Source of the DNA: a virus
Reading direction: 5' to 3' (one strand)
Length of the DNA stretch: 64,000 bases
Virus record (IMG/VR): IMGVR_UViG_3300032268_001383
Span: 1-64,000 of that record
Shown: in pieces, positions 31,032 through 40,985 of the stretch
Layout: each line of letters begins with the position of its first letter
Position numbering within the stretch: position 1 is the stretch's first letter
Program-made: the position numbers and the translations under genes
The notes under the pieces: generated by a model
Databases searched by the model: none
The model's input: the letters and a program-made list of their open reading frames with translations, nothing else
Told to the model about the DNA's origin: nothing

Positions 31032-31607
31032 ATGAAAATTAGTAATTGGAATAAATTTAATGAATCTGTAAGTGATACTTTTACTGAGGAAATGGCTCAA
31101 GAGATAATTTATTATTTTTCAGAGGAGTCAAGACCATCTAAGCATATATCAGATTTATTCACCCAGTGTAAAGACCAGTGGGGAGAAATAATCGACACTA
31201 TGTATGAAACTTCCTATGAAGAAATGAAAGAGATGATAGAAAAACTGTATAGTCTGATTCAAACAGGAAGTTTAGATTTCAGAGATTCGATGATTGAAAT
31301 CTATACTAAAATTAGAGAAGAAAGGAAAGATTTCCCAGAAGTTTATGAAATTGAAGATGCTTTCTTAGATTTAATTGAAGGACATGGTTTTACTTTTATG
31401 ATTTACTCTGATTTAAAAAAGTATGAAATAAAATTACATAGCCCTTGGGGTGGTAATAGTACGAAAATGGAAGATTTTATAAACTATTGTAATTTAGTAA
31501 AGAACCCTATAAGTAAATTAAGTAAATACAGTACGAAACTAGTGGAATGTGAATTTATCAATAGGAGATATTCTTATTGTGTTTTTAAAGTAGAAATAAC
31601 AAATTAA
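31032..31607 (+). CDS. hypothetical protein with leader MKISNWNKFNES
   Basis: ATG at 31032, TAATATATA at 31008. Confidence 0.7.
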   Translation: MKISNWNKFNESVSDTFTEEMAQEIIYYFSEESRPSKHISDLFTQCKDQWGEIIDTMYETSYEEMKEMIEKLYSLIQTGSLDFRDSMIEIYTKIREERKDFPEVYEIEDAFLDLIEGHGFTFMIYSDLKKYEIKLHSPWGGNSTKMEDFINYCNLVKNPISKLSKYSTKLVECEFINRRYSYCVFKVEITN

Positions 31608-31622
31608 AAAAAAATTAAAATC

Positions 31623-32183
31623 ATGCAAATTAAAAAATTTTTAAAAGAATCTATTGAACCAATCAAAGTTTCTAATGAAAAAAATCCAGGTTTAGTAAAC
31701 CCAAAAACATTACCTACAGAAATCATTTCTGTTTTAGAAGAAAGAATCGGTGATGAATATACAGCTTATTATTTTTATAGAAATGCTGCTAACTGGTGTA
31801 AAGATAAAAATTATAAAAGGGCTACTCAATACTTTGAGTCAGAAGCGTCATCTGAACTCGAACACTCAAAAGGTCTTCAAGATTATCTAACTCAATGGAA
31901 TACATTTCCAAGTGTTCCACAAGTTGAGACTACAGCAAATTACGAGTCACTTGTAGATATTATAAATAAAGCTTATACTTTGGAATATAATTTATTTCTT
32001 AAATATTCAAAAGACCAACAATCATTTACAAATCTACATCCTGCTACATTTAATTTCATTCAAAAATATGTAGATATACAAAATGATTCTGTTTCTGAAT
32101 ATTCTGATTTATTGAATGCTCTTAATTTAATTGATTATACAGATAAGTTCCAGATATTATATTTCGAACAAACTTATTTCTAA
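31623..32183 (+). CDS. ferritin-like protein with N-terminal leader extension
   Basis: Ferroxidase pattern 'EYTAYYFY', 'EASSELEH', 'LEY', 'Q..SVSE'. Confidence 0.85.
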   Translation: MQIKKFLKESIEPIKVSNEKNPGLVNPKTLPTEIISVLEERIGDEYTAYYFYRNAANWCKDKNYKRATQYFESEASSELEHSKGLQDYLTQWNTFPSVPQVETTANYESLVDIINKAYTLEYNLFLKYSKDQQSFTNLHPATFNFIQKYVDIQNDSVSEYSDLLNALNLIDYTDKFQILYFEQTYF

Positions 32184-32187
32184 AACT

Positions 32188-33471
32188 ATGAGAATCAAGA
32201 ACTGGCTACAATTCAAAGAAAATAAACAATTAGATTTTTTCGAAGGTACTCCTTATGAACATCCGAATTTAGTAGAAAAAGGAATTTGGATACTCACTAA
32301 GGAAGACTTGGAAGAATATTTCATTGACTTTATCGACGAAGGTTGGGATGTCAGATTTTTTTATGGATTTTGGAGTGAATTATATGATATTGATAGTTTA
32401 ATTATTAAAAGAGATATGTTACCACTTATTAGAGTCTATATTGACGGTGTATCAGGTAGTAAAGGTGGTGACTACTTAACCAATTCTCTACTTTCGGCTC
32501 TTAACAGATTGACACCAAGATTCAAAAAGGTAAAGGTTTTTGATGAAGAGGGCTCATTAAATCCAAAAGATTTAAAGTTCGAAGGAAGTTCAATTTTTAT
32601 CAAATCTGATAGTGACAACATTGAAGATGAGATAGAAGTTGAAAGTAGTTTAATGATTGATTTGATTTGGATTAAAGAAGTTTATCTAACTGATAAAATG
32701 ATATTCACATATTATGAATTTGAAGAGGAATTTAAAGAAGGTGACTTGAAATATGATGAAAAAGGTAATGCATTTGTAGGCTTTCCAGTTGAAGATATTA
32801 AAGATTGGGTTTTAGATAAAAAATCTAGATATAGAGACGTTGTTGGTGATAAAGATATGATGGATTCAGATTTTTACTATGATTATGACGTAGATGATGA
32901 TTCGATATTCTCTTACTATTTTGATTCTGAAACTAAAAGATTATTATTAGAAAAGTGTATTGGTGAAGAATTTAAAAATTTACAAGAAGAATATCATTTT
33001 TTAAATAACTACAACTCATTAGAAGAATTGATTGTGGCTACAATGAAAGGTGGTTGGAATAACAGAAATCTTTACGAACAATTAGGTGAAATGTTATCCA
33101 AAATTTCAGATGTTTATGAACAATTGAAAGAAATATATGATGGGTATTATGGTTCAGCTAAAATGGATTCAGATTATGATGCTATAATGTCTTCTTTTTA
33201 TGGAATTGTAGAAGATGTTTTAGACACTCCAATAGTAGAAGAGTATACAAAAGACGGTAAATTATTTTATAGATTGAAATTCAAATTTGAATGGATAGAA
33301 TGGACAGACGGTCCTCAATATATTAAAAGTGGTTTAGAATACATTATATCTAATTGGTGTCATAGAAAATATGATTACCGTAAATTAAATCCAAGATTTA
33401 GTGATTCTGCAGATATAGATAATAAAGAGTTCAATGCGGAATGTAGAGAAATTCTTAATAATTCAAAATGA
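32188..33471 (+). CDS. acidic hypothetical protein with leader MRIKNWLQFKEN
   Basis: In-frame ATG at 32188 just after the ferritin stop. Confidence 0.7.
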   Translation: MRIKNWLQFKENKQLDFFEGTPYEHPNLVEKGIWILTKEDLEEYFIDFIDEGWDVRFFYGFWSELYDIDSLIIKRDMLPLIRVYIDGVSGSKGGDYLTNSLLSALNRLTPRFKKVKVFDEEGSLNPKDLKFEGSSIFIKSDSDNIEDEIEVESSLMIDLIWIKEVYLTDKMIFTYYEFEEEFKEGDLKYDEKGNAFVGFPVEDIKDWVLDKKSRYRDVVGDKDMMDSDFYYDYDVDDDSIFSYYFDSETKRLLLEKCIGEEFKNLQEEYHFLNNYNSLEELIVATMKGGWNNRNLYEQLGEMLSKISDVYEQLKEIYDGYYGSAKMDSDYDAIMSSFYGIVEDVLDTPIVEEYTKDGKLFYRLKFKFEWIEWTDGPQYIKSGLEYIISNWCHRKYDYRKLNPRFSDSADIDNKEFNAECREILNNSK

Positions 33472-34055
33472 AATACTTAAAAAATTTTATAGATTTGTTC
33501 GAGTCCTTAGAAAGTTCTGAAGATAGAATTCACTTTTCAGGTAAAGAAATTAATACTTTAAGAAATACAATTCAAAAAGATAAACCTGAATTTAAACCTC
33601 GAGGTCTTTGGTATGCCTTTGGTGATGACTGGGGTAGGTTCTCCGACGACTTTAGAGATAACGACTATAAGTATAAGATAATATTGAAAGAAGGCTCAGA
33701 ATCAAAAATTTTAAAGATTACAAGTATATCTCAATTAAATAGCTTCATAAAAAAATATGTCGTAAAAACAGGTCTTAATTTAAGAGGAGTTAGATCATCG
33801 GTGAAATGGAAAGAAGTCGCTAAAGATTATTCTGGATTTGAATTTCTAAATTATGAAGAAGACTCAATCAGAAATTTCTACTGGGATGAAGAGCTTGTCG
33901 AAAGGGAGAAATCTAAGTTGACTAGTAAGTTTGATATGTTTTTGATGGATAAATACTCAAAAGAAGGATACTATGATTGGTGTCACTGGTTTGATGTAAT
34001 TAGTGGTTGTATATGGAATGTATCAATAATTGAAAGTATAGAACCTATAGATTAA
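33468..34055 (+). CDS. hypothetical protein with leader MKYLKNFIDLFES; possible ADP-ribosyltransferase-like fold
   Basis: 'RIHFS', 'KPRGLWY', 'WFDVISGCIWN'. Confidence 0.6.
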   Translation: MKYLKNFIDLFESLESSEDRIHFSGKEINTLRNTIQKDKPEFKPRGLWYAFGDDWGRFSDDFRDNDYKYKIILKEGSESKILKITSISQLNSFIKKYVVKTGLNLRGVRSSVKWKEVAKDYSGFEFLNYEEDSIRNFYWDEELVEREKSKLTSKFDMFLMDKYSKEGYYDWCHWFDVISGCIWNVSIIESIEPID

Positions 34056-34611
34056 TAAATCTCTTGAATTTTTCCAACATAAATTGAGTTTGTATATCTG
34101 AAGGTATAAGTGAGTTTATGTACTTAATATCAACTGCAACAGTCTTACTCATTTTTTCAACTTTAGAACCATCACCTCTAATCGGAATTTCACGAAAATC
34201 ATTATTAGTCAGTGGTAAAATACAAGAGTATAATTTAATTGAAGAAGATTTTTGCAAGAAAAGTGGTGCGTCAAATTCAATCTTATAGTTTTCTCTTATT
34301 ACTAAACCAGCTTCTTCTTGGATTTCTCTAAGTAGAGCTTCTTCTGGTTTTTCACCCTCTTCTATCCCACCACCAACACAAGCTAAATGTAGTTCTTGAC
34401 CAGTCGAATATTTGTAAGAGGGAATATATTCTTGACGAAGAATAATTTTATTCTGTTCAATTAAAAAAGGTATACAGATAACTCCATCTCTACCAGAGAT
34501 TACTGACCAGTCCTCATAGTCAACTATTTTTATAAAATCATTAGAATAATGAACTTTTTCTTTTTCTGGTTTAATATATTCGGGAGACTTCAATTTAGTG
34601 AATTTATCCAT
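34045..34611 (-). CDS. Nudix hydrolase
   Basis: Nudix box GGIEEGEKPEEALLREIQEEAG. Confidence 0.9.
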   Translation of the reverse strand: MDKFTKLKSPEYIKPEKEKVHYSNDFIKIVDYEDWSVISGRDGVICIPFLIEQNKIILRQEYIPSYKYSTGQELHLACVGGGIEEGEKPEEALLREIQEEAGLVIRENYKIEFDAPLFLQKSSSIKLYSCILPLTNNDFREIPIRGDGSKVEKMSKTVAVDIKYINSLIPSDIQTQFMLEKFKRFINL

Positions 34612-34638
34612 ATTTTAAAATAATTTTTGGTTGTAAAT

Positions 34639-34660
34639 TATATATTAAATTTAATATATA
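34639..34660. promoter_or_regulatory. palindromic bidirectional late-type promoter
   Basis: Perfect 22-bp palindrome TATATATTAAATTTAATATATA between divergent genes, giving TAATATATA on both strands. Confidence 0.6.
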
Positions 34661-34678
34661 CATAAAAATATATTTATT

Positions 34679-35113
34679 ATGAAAAATTCTCCAAGAAGAA
34701 ATAAAGTAAGATTATTTAACGAAATGATTGATCCTTCCTTATCTAAGGAATTGGAATTAGACAAAATAAGTAAAGGTTTATCTAATCAAGATTATTTCTT
34801 TTCAAGAAAAGAAGTAGATAAAACTTGGGAATTTGAATACTTTGATATTTATGTTGAGAATATGCACTTTCAACAAGGTTACGTTATAGTTCCAATAGAA
34901 ATTACCAGTGATGGATTTTTACATAGAATGTTTTTAGCTTATTCTCAAGATGAAGATATTTTCTATGGTTCAATGACTGGTGGAACCGGTATACAGAAAA
35001 TTAAGAAGATGTTGGGTGAGTATAAGTTTGCATTTTTAGAAGAAGCTACTTCTGAAATCGTGGATGAACTTTTACCCTCTGACTTTTGGGATGTCAGAGG
35101 ATATTCTAATTAA
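34679..35113 (+). CDS. hypothetical protein with leader-like MKNSPRRNKVRLFNEM
   Basis: 144-aa ORF. Confidence 0.6.
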   Translation: MKNSPRRNKVRLFNEMIDPSLSKELELDKISKGLSNQDYFFSRKEVDKTWEFEYFDIYVENMHFQQGYVIVPIEITSDGFLHRMFLAYSQDEDIFYGSMTGGTGIQKIKKMLGEYKFAFLEEATSEIVDELLPSDFWDVRGYSN

Positions 35114-35745
35114 AATTTGTAATTTTTTGACTTTTTGCGACTCTTAATTTGGCTGTTTGTGTTGTTTGATTCGGTGGCACCTATCTCAAGTCTAGCATTT
35201 TTTCTTTTAAGTACTACACCTTCAAGTAAATCTACTTTAGTCCATTTATCAAATAGTTCTTTAAAGTTTGAAAGATAAGATTTAACTCTATAAACATTTT
35301 GACTTACTCCGAAAAGGTATTCTTTTTCGGAATTTTTTTGTCCGAAAAGTCTATCTAAAAGTTCAATTCTTTGTTGAAAGGTTTCTCCTACTAAATATTC
35401 TGAATTGTAGACTAGAATATCAAATATAATCAACTTGTGGTTAAATGATTGATTATTCTCGTCTTTTTTATTTTTGTTGAGATATTCACCGTTCAATACC
35501 ATCCAACCTTTACCAGAGTAAAGATTTAAGATTTCTGCTTCGTTAATTTCTACATTGGTTAATCTACCACCGTGTCTATTATAGACATAACAACTTGTGC
35601 CATTCATAAAGATTACAGCATTTGAACCGTTTGATTTAGGTTGACAAATCATAGAGTCATCATCCCAAGTATTTAGGTGTTTCGGATCGATAGCATTTTT
35701 GGGTCTTGGTGGAAAGATGTAGTAGAAATTGTTATAGTCTATCAT
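35110..35745 (-). CDS. ATP-dependent ligase-like nucleotidyltransferase (adenylation domain only)
   Basis: Motif I 'QPKSNG', III 'LNGEY', IIIa 'IFDIL', IV 'EGVVLKR', V 'QIKSR'. Confidence 0.75.
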   Translation of the reverse strand: MIDYNNFYYIFPPRPKNAIDPKHLNTWDDDSMICQPKSNGSNAVIFMNGTSCYVYNRHGGRLTNVEINEAEILNLYSGKGWMVLNGEYLNKNKKDENNQSFNHKLIIFDILVYNSEYLVGETFQQRIELLDRLFGQKNSEKEYLFGVSQNVYRVKSYLSNFKELFDKWTKVDLLEGVVLKRKNARLEIGATESNNTNSQIKSRKKSKNYKF

Positions 35746-35764
35746 AGTTAGATTATTTATCTTA

Positions 35765-35794
35765 CAAAGATAGTAAAAAAATTTCTAAATCAAA
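35765..35794 (-). promoter_or_regulatory. Bacteroidota-type housekeeping (early) promoter
   Basis: Minus strand TTTG-N18-TATCTTTG upstream of the ligase-like gene. Confidence 0.7.
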
Positions 35795-35798
35795 ATTT

Positions 35799-38327
35799 TT
35801 ATCCGAAAAATGTTGATGATGTTTCAAAAATAGGGTCTGTTGGTAGAGTTGCCCAATTATCTGTATTTGATAGTGTGGCTTTATACGAATATATCTTTTT
35901 ACCACCTAATGAATTAATGTCGGTTGCATTTACGAATCCTAAATCTTGCGTGGCTGCTGGACTTAAATTAAGTAAAGCTTTACTTCCTGGTGTAGTTGAC
36001 CTTAATAGAACTCTGGAGGCATTGGTTGCCGCGGTACACAAAAGTGCGGTATTGATTGTGTGAGTCTGTGTGGAGACTATTTGATGTGTTGCACCTGCTG
36101 ATGTCAAACTCAAAGTCCCAACTGTAAATCCAGATGTGGCAAAAGTTGTACCAGTAGATAGTGATAACGTACCGGTTGCACTCAAAAGATTAGTTAGTGT
36201 TAATGTAACACCACCGGTTGATATATTATTCCAAGACATACCATTTGTCGCCAAAGTAGTGTTTGCTCCAATATTTAGTGTTGAACCTGTGGTGGTAACA
36301 GTTCCTGCCGTGTATGTTAAAGTTCCGGTGTTATAATTTACGGTTCCGGAAATTGTAATTGTGCCTGATGTGTTAATAGTTAGGTTATTTCTTAAGGCAA
36401 GACCGCCGCCACTCCAAGTACCTGTACCAGTTAAAAATAAATTAGTTGTCCCTGTTACTACGTTACCGTTATTATTAGTAAAATTACCATTTATTGAAAT
36501 CTGATTGGAATTTATAGTCATCGTAAACCCTATATTTGAAAAGGTCAGATTATTGACAACTAAGTTATTTGGAACATTAAAAGTACCACAGAAAACTACT
36601 AAATTTGCTGAATTCAAAACTAATTGTCCCGCACCAGAAAAAGAATTTGTGGTAACTGAACCACTGCCGAGAGTAAAAGTTCCGGTGGCTGTTAGATTAT
36701 TTGTAAGTGTAATCGTTGTGTTGCCAGTTATTGTAATATTGTTCCAGCTAATTCCATTAGTAGAAAGAGTGGCTGCCGAAGTTATTGATAGTGTAGAACT
36801 TGTCGTAATGACTGTTCCGGCAGTATAAGTAAGAGTTCCGGTAGTATAAGTAAATGTACCAGAGACTGTGATAGTTCCTGCTGTGTTAATTGAAAAATTA
36901 TTAGTTATACCTAAATTAGCAGTTACTGTTCCTGTACCAACCATCACAATTGTCGTGGTACCAGTTATACCAGCTCCGCTTAATGTTATGCTTCCACTAA
37001 TAGAAAGTGTATTACTTGTTAAGGTAAGGGTATTTCCACCATTGGTAAAATTTCCACCTACGTTGAGATTGTTTCCAAGTGTAATTGTTATTACACCTCC
37101 ACTTGTAGTTATATTGTTCCAACTCATCCCATTTGTAGTAAGAGTAGTCGATTGACTTATATTCAATGTAGAACCTGTGGTGGTAACAGTACCTGCAGTA
37201 TAAGTAAGAGTTCCTGTATTGTAATATACATTCCCTGATATTGTGAGTGTTCCAGCAGTATTGATGGTTAGATTATTTATGATTGTTGGTGTATTCGTAG
37301 CACTCCAAGTACCGGTTCCTGTTAAAACAAGATTTGTTGTACCCAAACAAATTCCATTATTACTTGAACTCAAATTGCCAGTAATATTTATAGTATTTGA
37401 ATTTAACGTAACATTACTTGCGCTATTAACCAATATTGCATTCGTAACTGTTATATTGTTTGGTAGTGTAGTAGTGCCTGCACTTGCAATTAAGGGTCCA
37501 GTAGGATTAAAAGTAAAAGCTCCAGAAAAACTTAATGTACTGCTATGTGACAATGTCAACGTTCCTGCAATGTTTAAGTTAGAGGACATTGTTATTGTAT
37601 ACGTACTACCGCCCGTTGTAAAATTATTCCAAGCAAAAGTGTTTGTGTTAAAAGTAGTCGCAGCTGATACGTTTAGTGTTGAACCAGTTGTGACAACTGT
37701 GCCAGCAGTGTAAGTTAACGTTCCTGTGTTGTAGTAGACATTTCCAGAAATAGTTAGAGTACCAGCAGTATTAATAGTCAAATTATTTCGTATAGCCCCA
37801 GTAGAACTATTAGACCAAGTACCTGTACCATTGAAAACTAATGAAGTTGTCCCAGAGACAATTGCTGTGGTATTTGATGTTAAATTACCTCCAATATTAA
37901 GTGTATTACCATTTATGATAGTAGTCGTAGTTCCACCAAAAGTTACAGTTCCTGTATTCGTCCAGTTTGCAGATAATGTGTATGTAATAGATGTTCCAGT
38001 AAAAGTCAGAGTTCTGGACCAAGTAACACCACCTGAAGTAAGTGTAGCTGTTCCAACAAGATTTATCCCGCTTGCGCCAGCTTGTGTATAACCTCCTGTT
38101 CCAAGATTAATTGTCCCGCTTGTATTTATAACATTATTAAAAGTGATTGTGCCTGTATAAAGTGCAAAAGTAATACCTATTAGGTTAGCAGTAGATACGT
38201 TAACTACAAGGTTACCTGAGGCAGCTGTAAAATTCACATTATCACCCGCTAACGGTACAACACCACCTATCCAAGTTGAGGTTGCATTCCAATTACCTCC
38301 AGCATTTGATACCGTTCTTGTTGCCAT
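35799..38327 (-). CDS. G/T/N-rich beta-helix repeat protein (tail spike/fibre adhesin)
   Basis: Four copies of 'NNLTINTAGT.T.SG...Y.TGTLTYTAGTV.TT.STL'; N-terminal 'GGNWNATSTW.GGVVP..GD.V'. Confidence 0.75.
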   Translation of the reverse strand: MATRTVSNAGGNWNATSTWIGGVVPLAGDNVNFTAASGNLVVNVSTANLIGITFALYTGTITFNNVINTSGTINLGTGGYTQAGASGINLVGTATLTSGGVTWSRTLTFTGTSITYTLSANWTNTGTVTFGGTTTTIINGNTLNIGGNLTSNTTAIVSGTTSLVFNGTGTWSNSSTGAIRNNLTINTAGTLTISGNVYYNTGTLTYTAGTVVTTGSTLNVSAATTFNTNTFAWNNFTTGGSTYTITMSSNLNIAGTLTLSHSSTLSFSGAFTFNPTGPLIASAGTTTLPNNITVTNAILVNSASNVTLNSNTINITGNLSSSNNGICLGTTNLVLTGTGTWSATNTPTIINNLTINTAGTLTISGNVYYNTGTLTYTAGTVTTTGSTLNISQSTTLTTNGMSWNNITTSGGVITITLGNNLNVGGNFTNGGNTLTLTSNTLSISGSITLSGAGITGTTTIVMVGTGTVTANLGITNNFSINTAGTITVSGTFTYTTGTLTYTAGTVITTSSTLSITSAATLSTNGISWNNITITGNTTITLTNNLTATGTFTLGSGSVTTNSFSGAGQLVLNSANLVVFCGTFNVPNNLVVNNLTFSNIGFTMTINSNQISINGNFTNNNGNVVTGTTNLFLTGTGTWSGGGLALRNNLTINTSGTITISGTVNYNTGTLTYTAGTVTTTGSTLNIGANTTLATNGMSWNNISTGGVTLTLTNLLSATGTLSLSTGTTFATSGFTVGTLSLTSAGATHQIVSTQTHTINTALLCTAATNASRVLLRSTTPGSKALLNLSPAATQDLGFVNATDINSLGGKKIYSYKATLSNTDNWATLPTDPIFETSSTFFG

Positions 38328-38596
38328 TAATCACCTAATCCTAATTTTCTTTGCTCTGTAACCGCTCTGTTGGAAATACCTAATTCGATATCAGCATTAG
38401 ACTGAGGGTTAAAGTGCGCGATATCAACAATGTGTAAACCATATCCTGAAAGATCATATTCTACCTTAGTTTTTACAGTTTTAGTAGTCCAGTTTACTTC
38501 TGTGTCAGGGATTTCATTTCCGTTTTCATCATATTGGAATATAGTGTGATTATTAGTTATTTCTTCTGTTTCTAAAATTTGATAAGTGTATGACAT
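38327..38596 (-). CDS. small fibre-associated protein
   Basis: 89 aa, translationally coupled to the beta-helix gene. Confidence 0.6.
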   Translation of the reverse strand: MSYTYQILETEEITNNHTIFQYDENGNEIPDTEVNWTTKTVKTKVEYDLSGYGLHIVDIAHFNPQSNADIELGISNRAVTEQRKLGLGD

Positions 38597-38613
38597 ACTT
38601 GATTAATCTTTTT

Positions 38614-39726
38614 TTATATTATATAACATTTTATAGATAAAGTTACTTTTTGAATACCACTACAAGAATCTACATTGAATCTAATAAATTCATTTTCAGA
38701 GACTGATGTTGTCCAAGAAGATAAAGCCAAATCTTGATTTTTACTTTGAGTAGCCAATGTCGGTCTTTCTGTTCCTGTAATACTATTAGAGGCAGATGGT
38801 GGGTAATTAGCATAAGTATTTTTCCAAACATCTATTACAATACTTCCTGTTTGAGGACTAAATAGGGTCCAAGAATCAATTGTAAGATTATATGGAATAA
38901 AAACATCACCTTTTACACCTGTTGTGATATCACTACCTGCCCCATCTAATGATATACCAATTGTTCTTATTAGTGAAGAAGTAGAACCTGGACCAGCCGG
39001 TCCAGTTGCACCTTGTGGTCCAGTCGCGCCCTGTGGACCTGGTATTCCTGTGCTAATAGGTATAAATATTAAATCTTCATCATTAGAAAAGGTGTACCCA
39101 CCCCCTTGATATGAAACCGGAAATTCCCAATAGAAATTCGGACTCGACCCAAATTGAGAAGGTGTTGATGATACTAACCAATCTTGGTAGTAATTAGATA
39201 TAGTGGAGTTTTGTATAATTATCGAATCGTTGATAGAAATAAAAGACAAAAATAAATCAATGTCAATATTGTCCTGAGTTGTCATATTAACAAAAATAGA
39301 AGTTGAGCTCGATTGTGTAACATTGTTCCAACTTAAATATCCAGAACCTGGGTCACCACTATATATTGTTGTGTTTGCCTTATAATCATAAAAACTCAGT
39401 GATCTACCGTTAGATCCAGCAGGACCTGTTGGTCCAGCAGGACCTGTTACCCCTATTGAGCCTATTGGACCCGTTGGACCTGTTGGGCCATTGGCACCTG
39501 TGGCACCTTGTGGTCCTGTCAACCCTATCGACCCAGTGGGTCCAGCAGGTCCTGTTGCCCCCTGAGATCCAGTCAACCCAGTATCACCAATTTGTCCTTG
39601 TGGTCCGATTGGATTAACATTTCCTAAAGTTTCCCAAGCATAACCATTCCATTTCCAAGAATCACCTGATGTTGGATTTGTATAAACTTGACTAAAAGTC
39701 GGATTTATTGGAAATATTATTGGCAT
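38614..39726 (-). CDS. collagen-like tail fibre protein
   Basis: Gly-X-Y runs (GPTG, GATG, GPQG); N-terminal 'FP.NP...W.WNG.AW'. Confidence 0.8.
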   Translation of the reverse strand: MPIIFPINPTFSQVYTNPTSGDSWKWNGYAWETLGNVNPIGPQGQIGDTGLTGSQGATGPAGPTGSIGLTGPQGATGANGPTGPTGPIGSIGVTGPAGPTGPAGSNGRSLSFYDYKANTTIYSGDPGSGYLSWNNVTQSSSTSIFVNMTTQDNIDIDLFLSFISINDSIIIQNSTISNYYQDWLVSSTPSQFGSSPNFYWEFPVSYQGGGYTFSNDEDLIFIPISTGIPGPQGATGPQGATGPAGPGSTSSLIRTIGISLDGAGSDITTGVKGDVFIPYNLTIDSWTLFSPQTGSIVIDVWKNTYANYPPSASNSITGTERPTLATQSKNQDLALSSWTTSVSENEFIRFNVDSCSGIQKVTLSIKCYII

Positions 39727-39754
39727 ATTATTCGTAATAACTTAAATTTATATC

Positions 39755-40978
39755 TTATCTACTTATTTCTTCCCAGTCTAATGATGCAACAACCGTATCA
39801 TTAGAACTATCAGAAGCAATTATTAAGGTAAGTTCAAACGGTGTTGATGTCAATCCGTTTCTTTCTAATTGAAACTTGAAAAGTGCCTCTTTTAAAATGT
39901 CAACTTGACTTGATGATAGATTTGTTGAGCTAAAAAACCCACTTGCAAGTATTCTACCACCCGCAAAAGTAGCACCTGTAATATTGTATTCTACTGAAGA
40001 ATTTGTTCCAGCGCTCACCCAACTACCCCCTGTTGTAGTACCTGTTGCTACCATTTGCCAATTAAAATTACCCGTACTGATTGGCAAAATAGATAGAGCA
40101 GTTAGAATTACTATACCGTCGAGTCTTGTAGCTGTTAAGCGTAAACTTATTACCGGATAAAACGTTCCGGCTGTTCCTAATGTTCTTGGAGAATTAATAG
40201 GAATACCGATTGCTTGTTGTAGTCCATTAAGTTCATATCCACCTTCCGATAATACAGATGAACATATCTGCTTTAAGGTACTTGCTCCACTCGTATCAGA
40301 CGTATTTGTTATTTCATATCGTAATGGTAATGATGCTGTTGTGATATAAGTACTTGCGATAATATTAGCATGGTGAAACTTATGACAAACATAAAAATTT
40401 CCATTTATAACAAACCCAATTCTAACTGTTCCAAGACCTAACCACTCAATATCCATAAATAAGATTTGAGCTTTTGTAATATCTAGTACTATGCCAGAAG
40501 GCCCGGTGCCATTCATAGTGTCAACATTCCATGATGATTGATTTACTAGAGATTCAGTAACTACTCCAGTAACTAAACTTCTTTCAACAAAGCTAAGAGT
40601 AGAGTTGTCCAATTGAATATATAAACCATTTTCTGCCCCATAATATCCAACCCTTTGTCTAAGACCAGTCTTAGCAGGGCTCATTACAAATGTGTTCAAG
40701 TTCAGTAAGCTTTTACCAGGCTGATATGAAAAAACCTTAGTAGTCTCTCTAATAATCTGAGAACCTGAAGCAGCAGTTACATTTAAGTCAACTAAGCCTT
40801 GAGTCAAATTAAATGTGGCGGTAGCTCCAGTTGCATCACTTGTTGACCATAATCCGTTATCTGCAAATCTATGACTTGAATCAAATAGAGTAAAGGGGTT
40901 ACTAACTCGTAGTCTACCAAAAGCATCGAAATTTGGTGTGTTAGCAAATTTTATTTCATCTGTGTAAGTATATGACAT
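39755..40978 (-). CDS. virion structural protein (lectin/beta-sandwich-like)
   Basis: 'DAFGRLRVSNPFTLFDS', 'YQPGKS', 'EWLGLGTVR.G', 'LPLRYEI'; lies within the fibre operon. Confidence 0.65.
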   Translation of the reverse strand: MSYTYTDEIKFANTPNFDAFGRLRVSNPFTLFDSSHRFADNGLWSTSDATGATATFNLTQGLVDLNVTAASGSQIIRETTKVFSYQPGKSLLNLNTFVMSPAKTGLRQRVGYYGAENGLYIQLDNSTLSFVERSLVTGVVTESLVNQSSWNVDTMNGTGPSGIVLDITKAQILFMDIEWLGLGTVRIGFVINGNFYVCHKFHHANIIASTYITTASLPLRYEITNTSDTSGASTLKQICSSVLSEGGYELNGLQQAIGIPINSPRTLGTAGTFYPVISLRLTATRLDGIVILTALSILPISTGNFNWQMVATGTTTGGSWVSAGTNSSVEYNITGATFAGGRILASGFFSSTNLSSSQVDILKEALFKFQLERNGLTSTPFELTLIIASDSSNDTVVASLDWEEISR

Positions 40979-40985
40979 AATTTAT

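Noticed and set aside
35875-39617. Numerous plus-strand V/P-rich ORFs
   Set aside because: Antisense shadows of Thr/Gly-rich fibre genes
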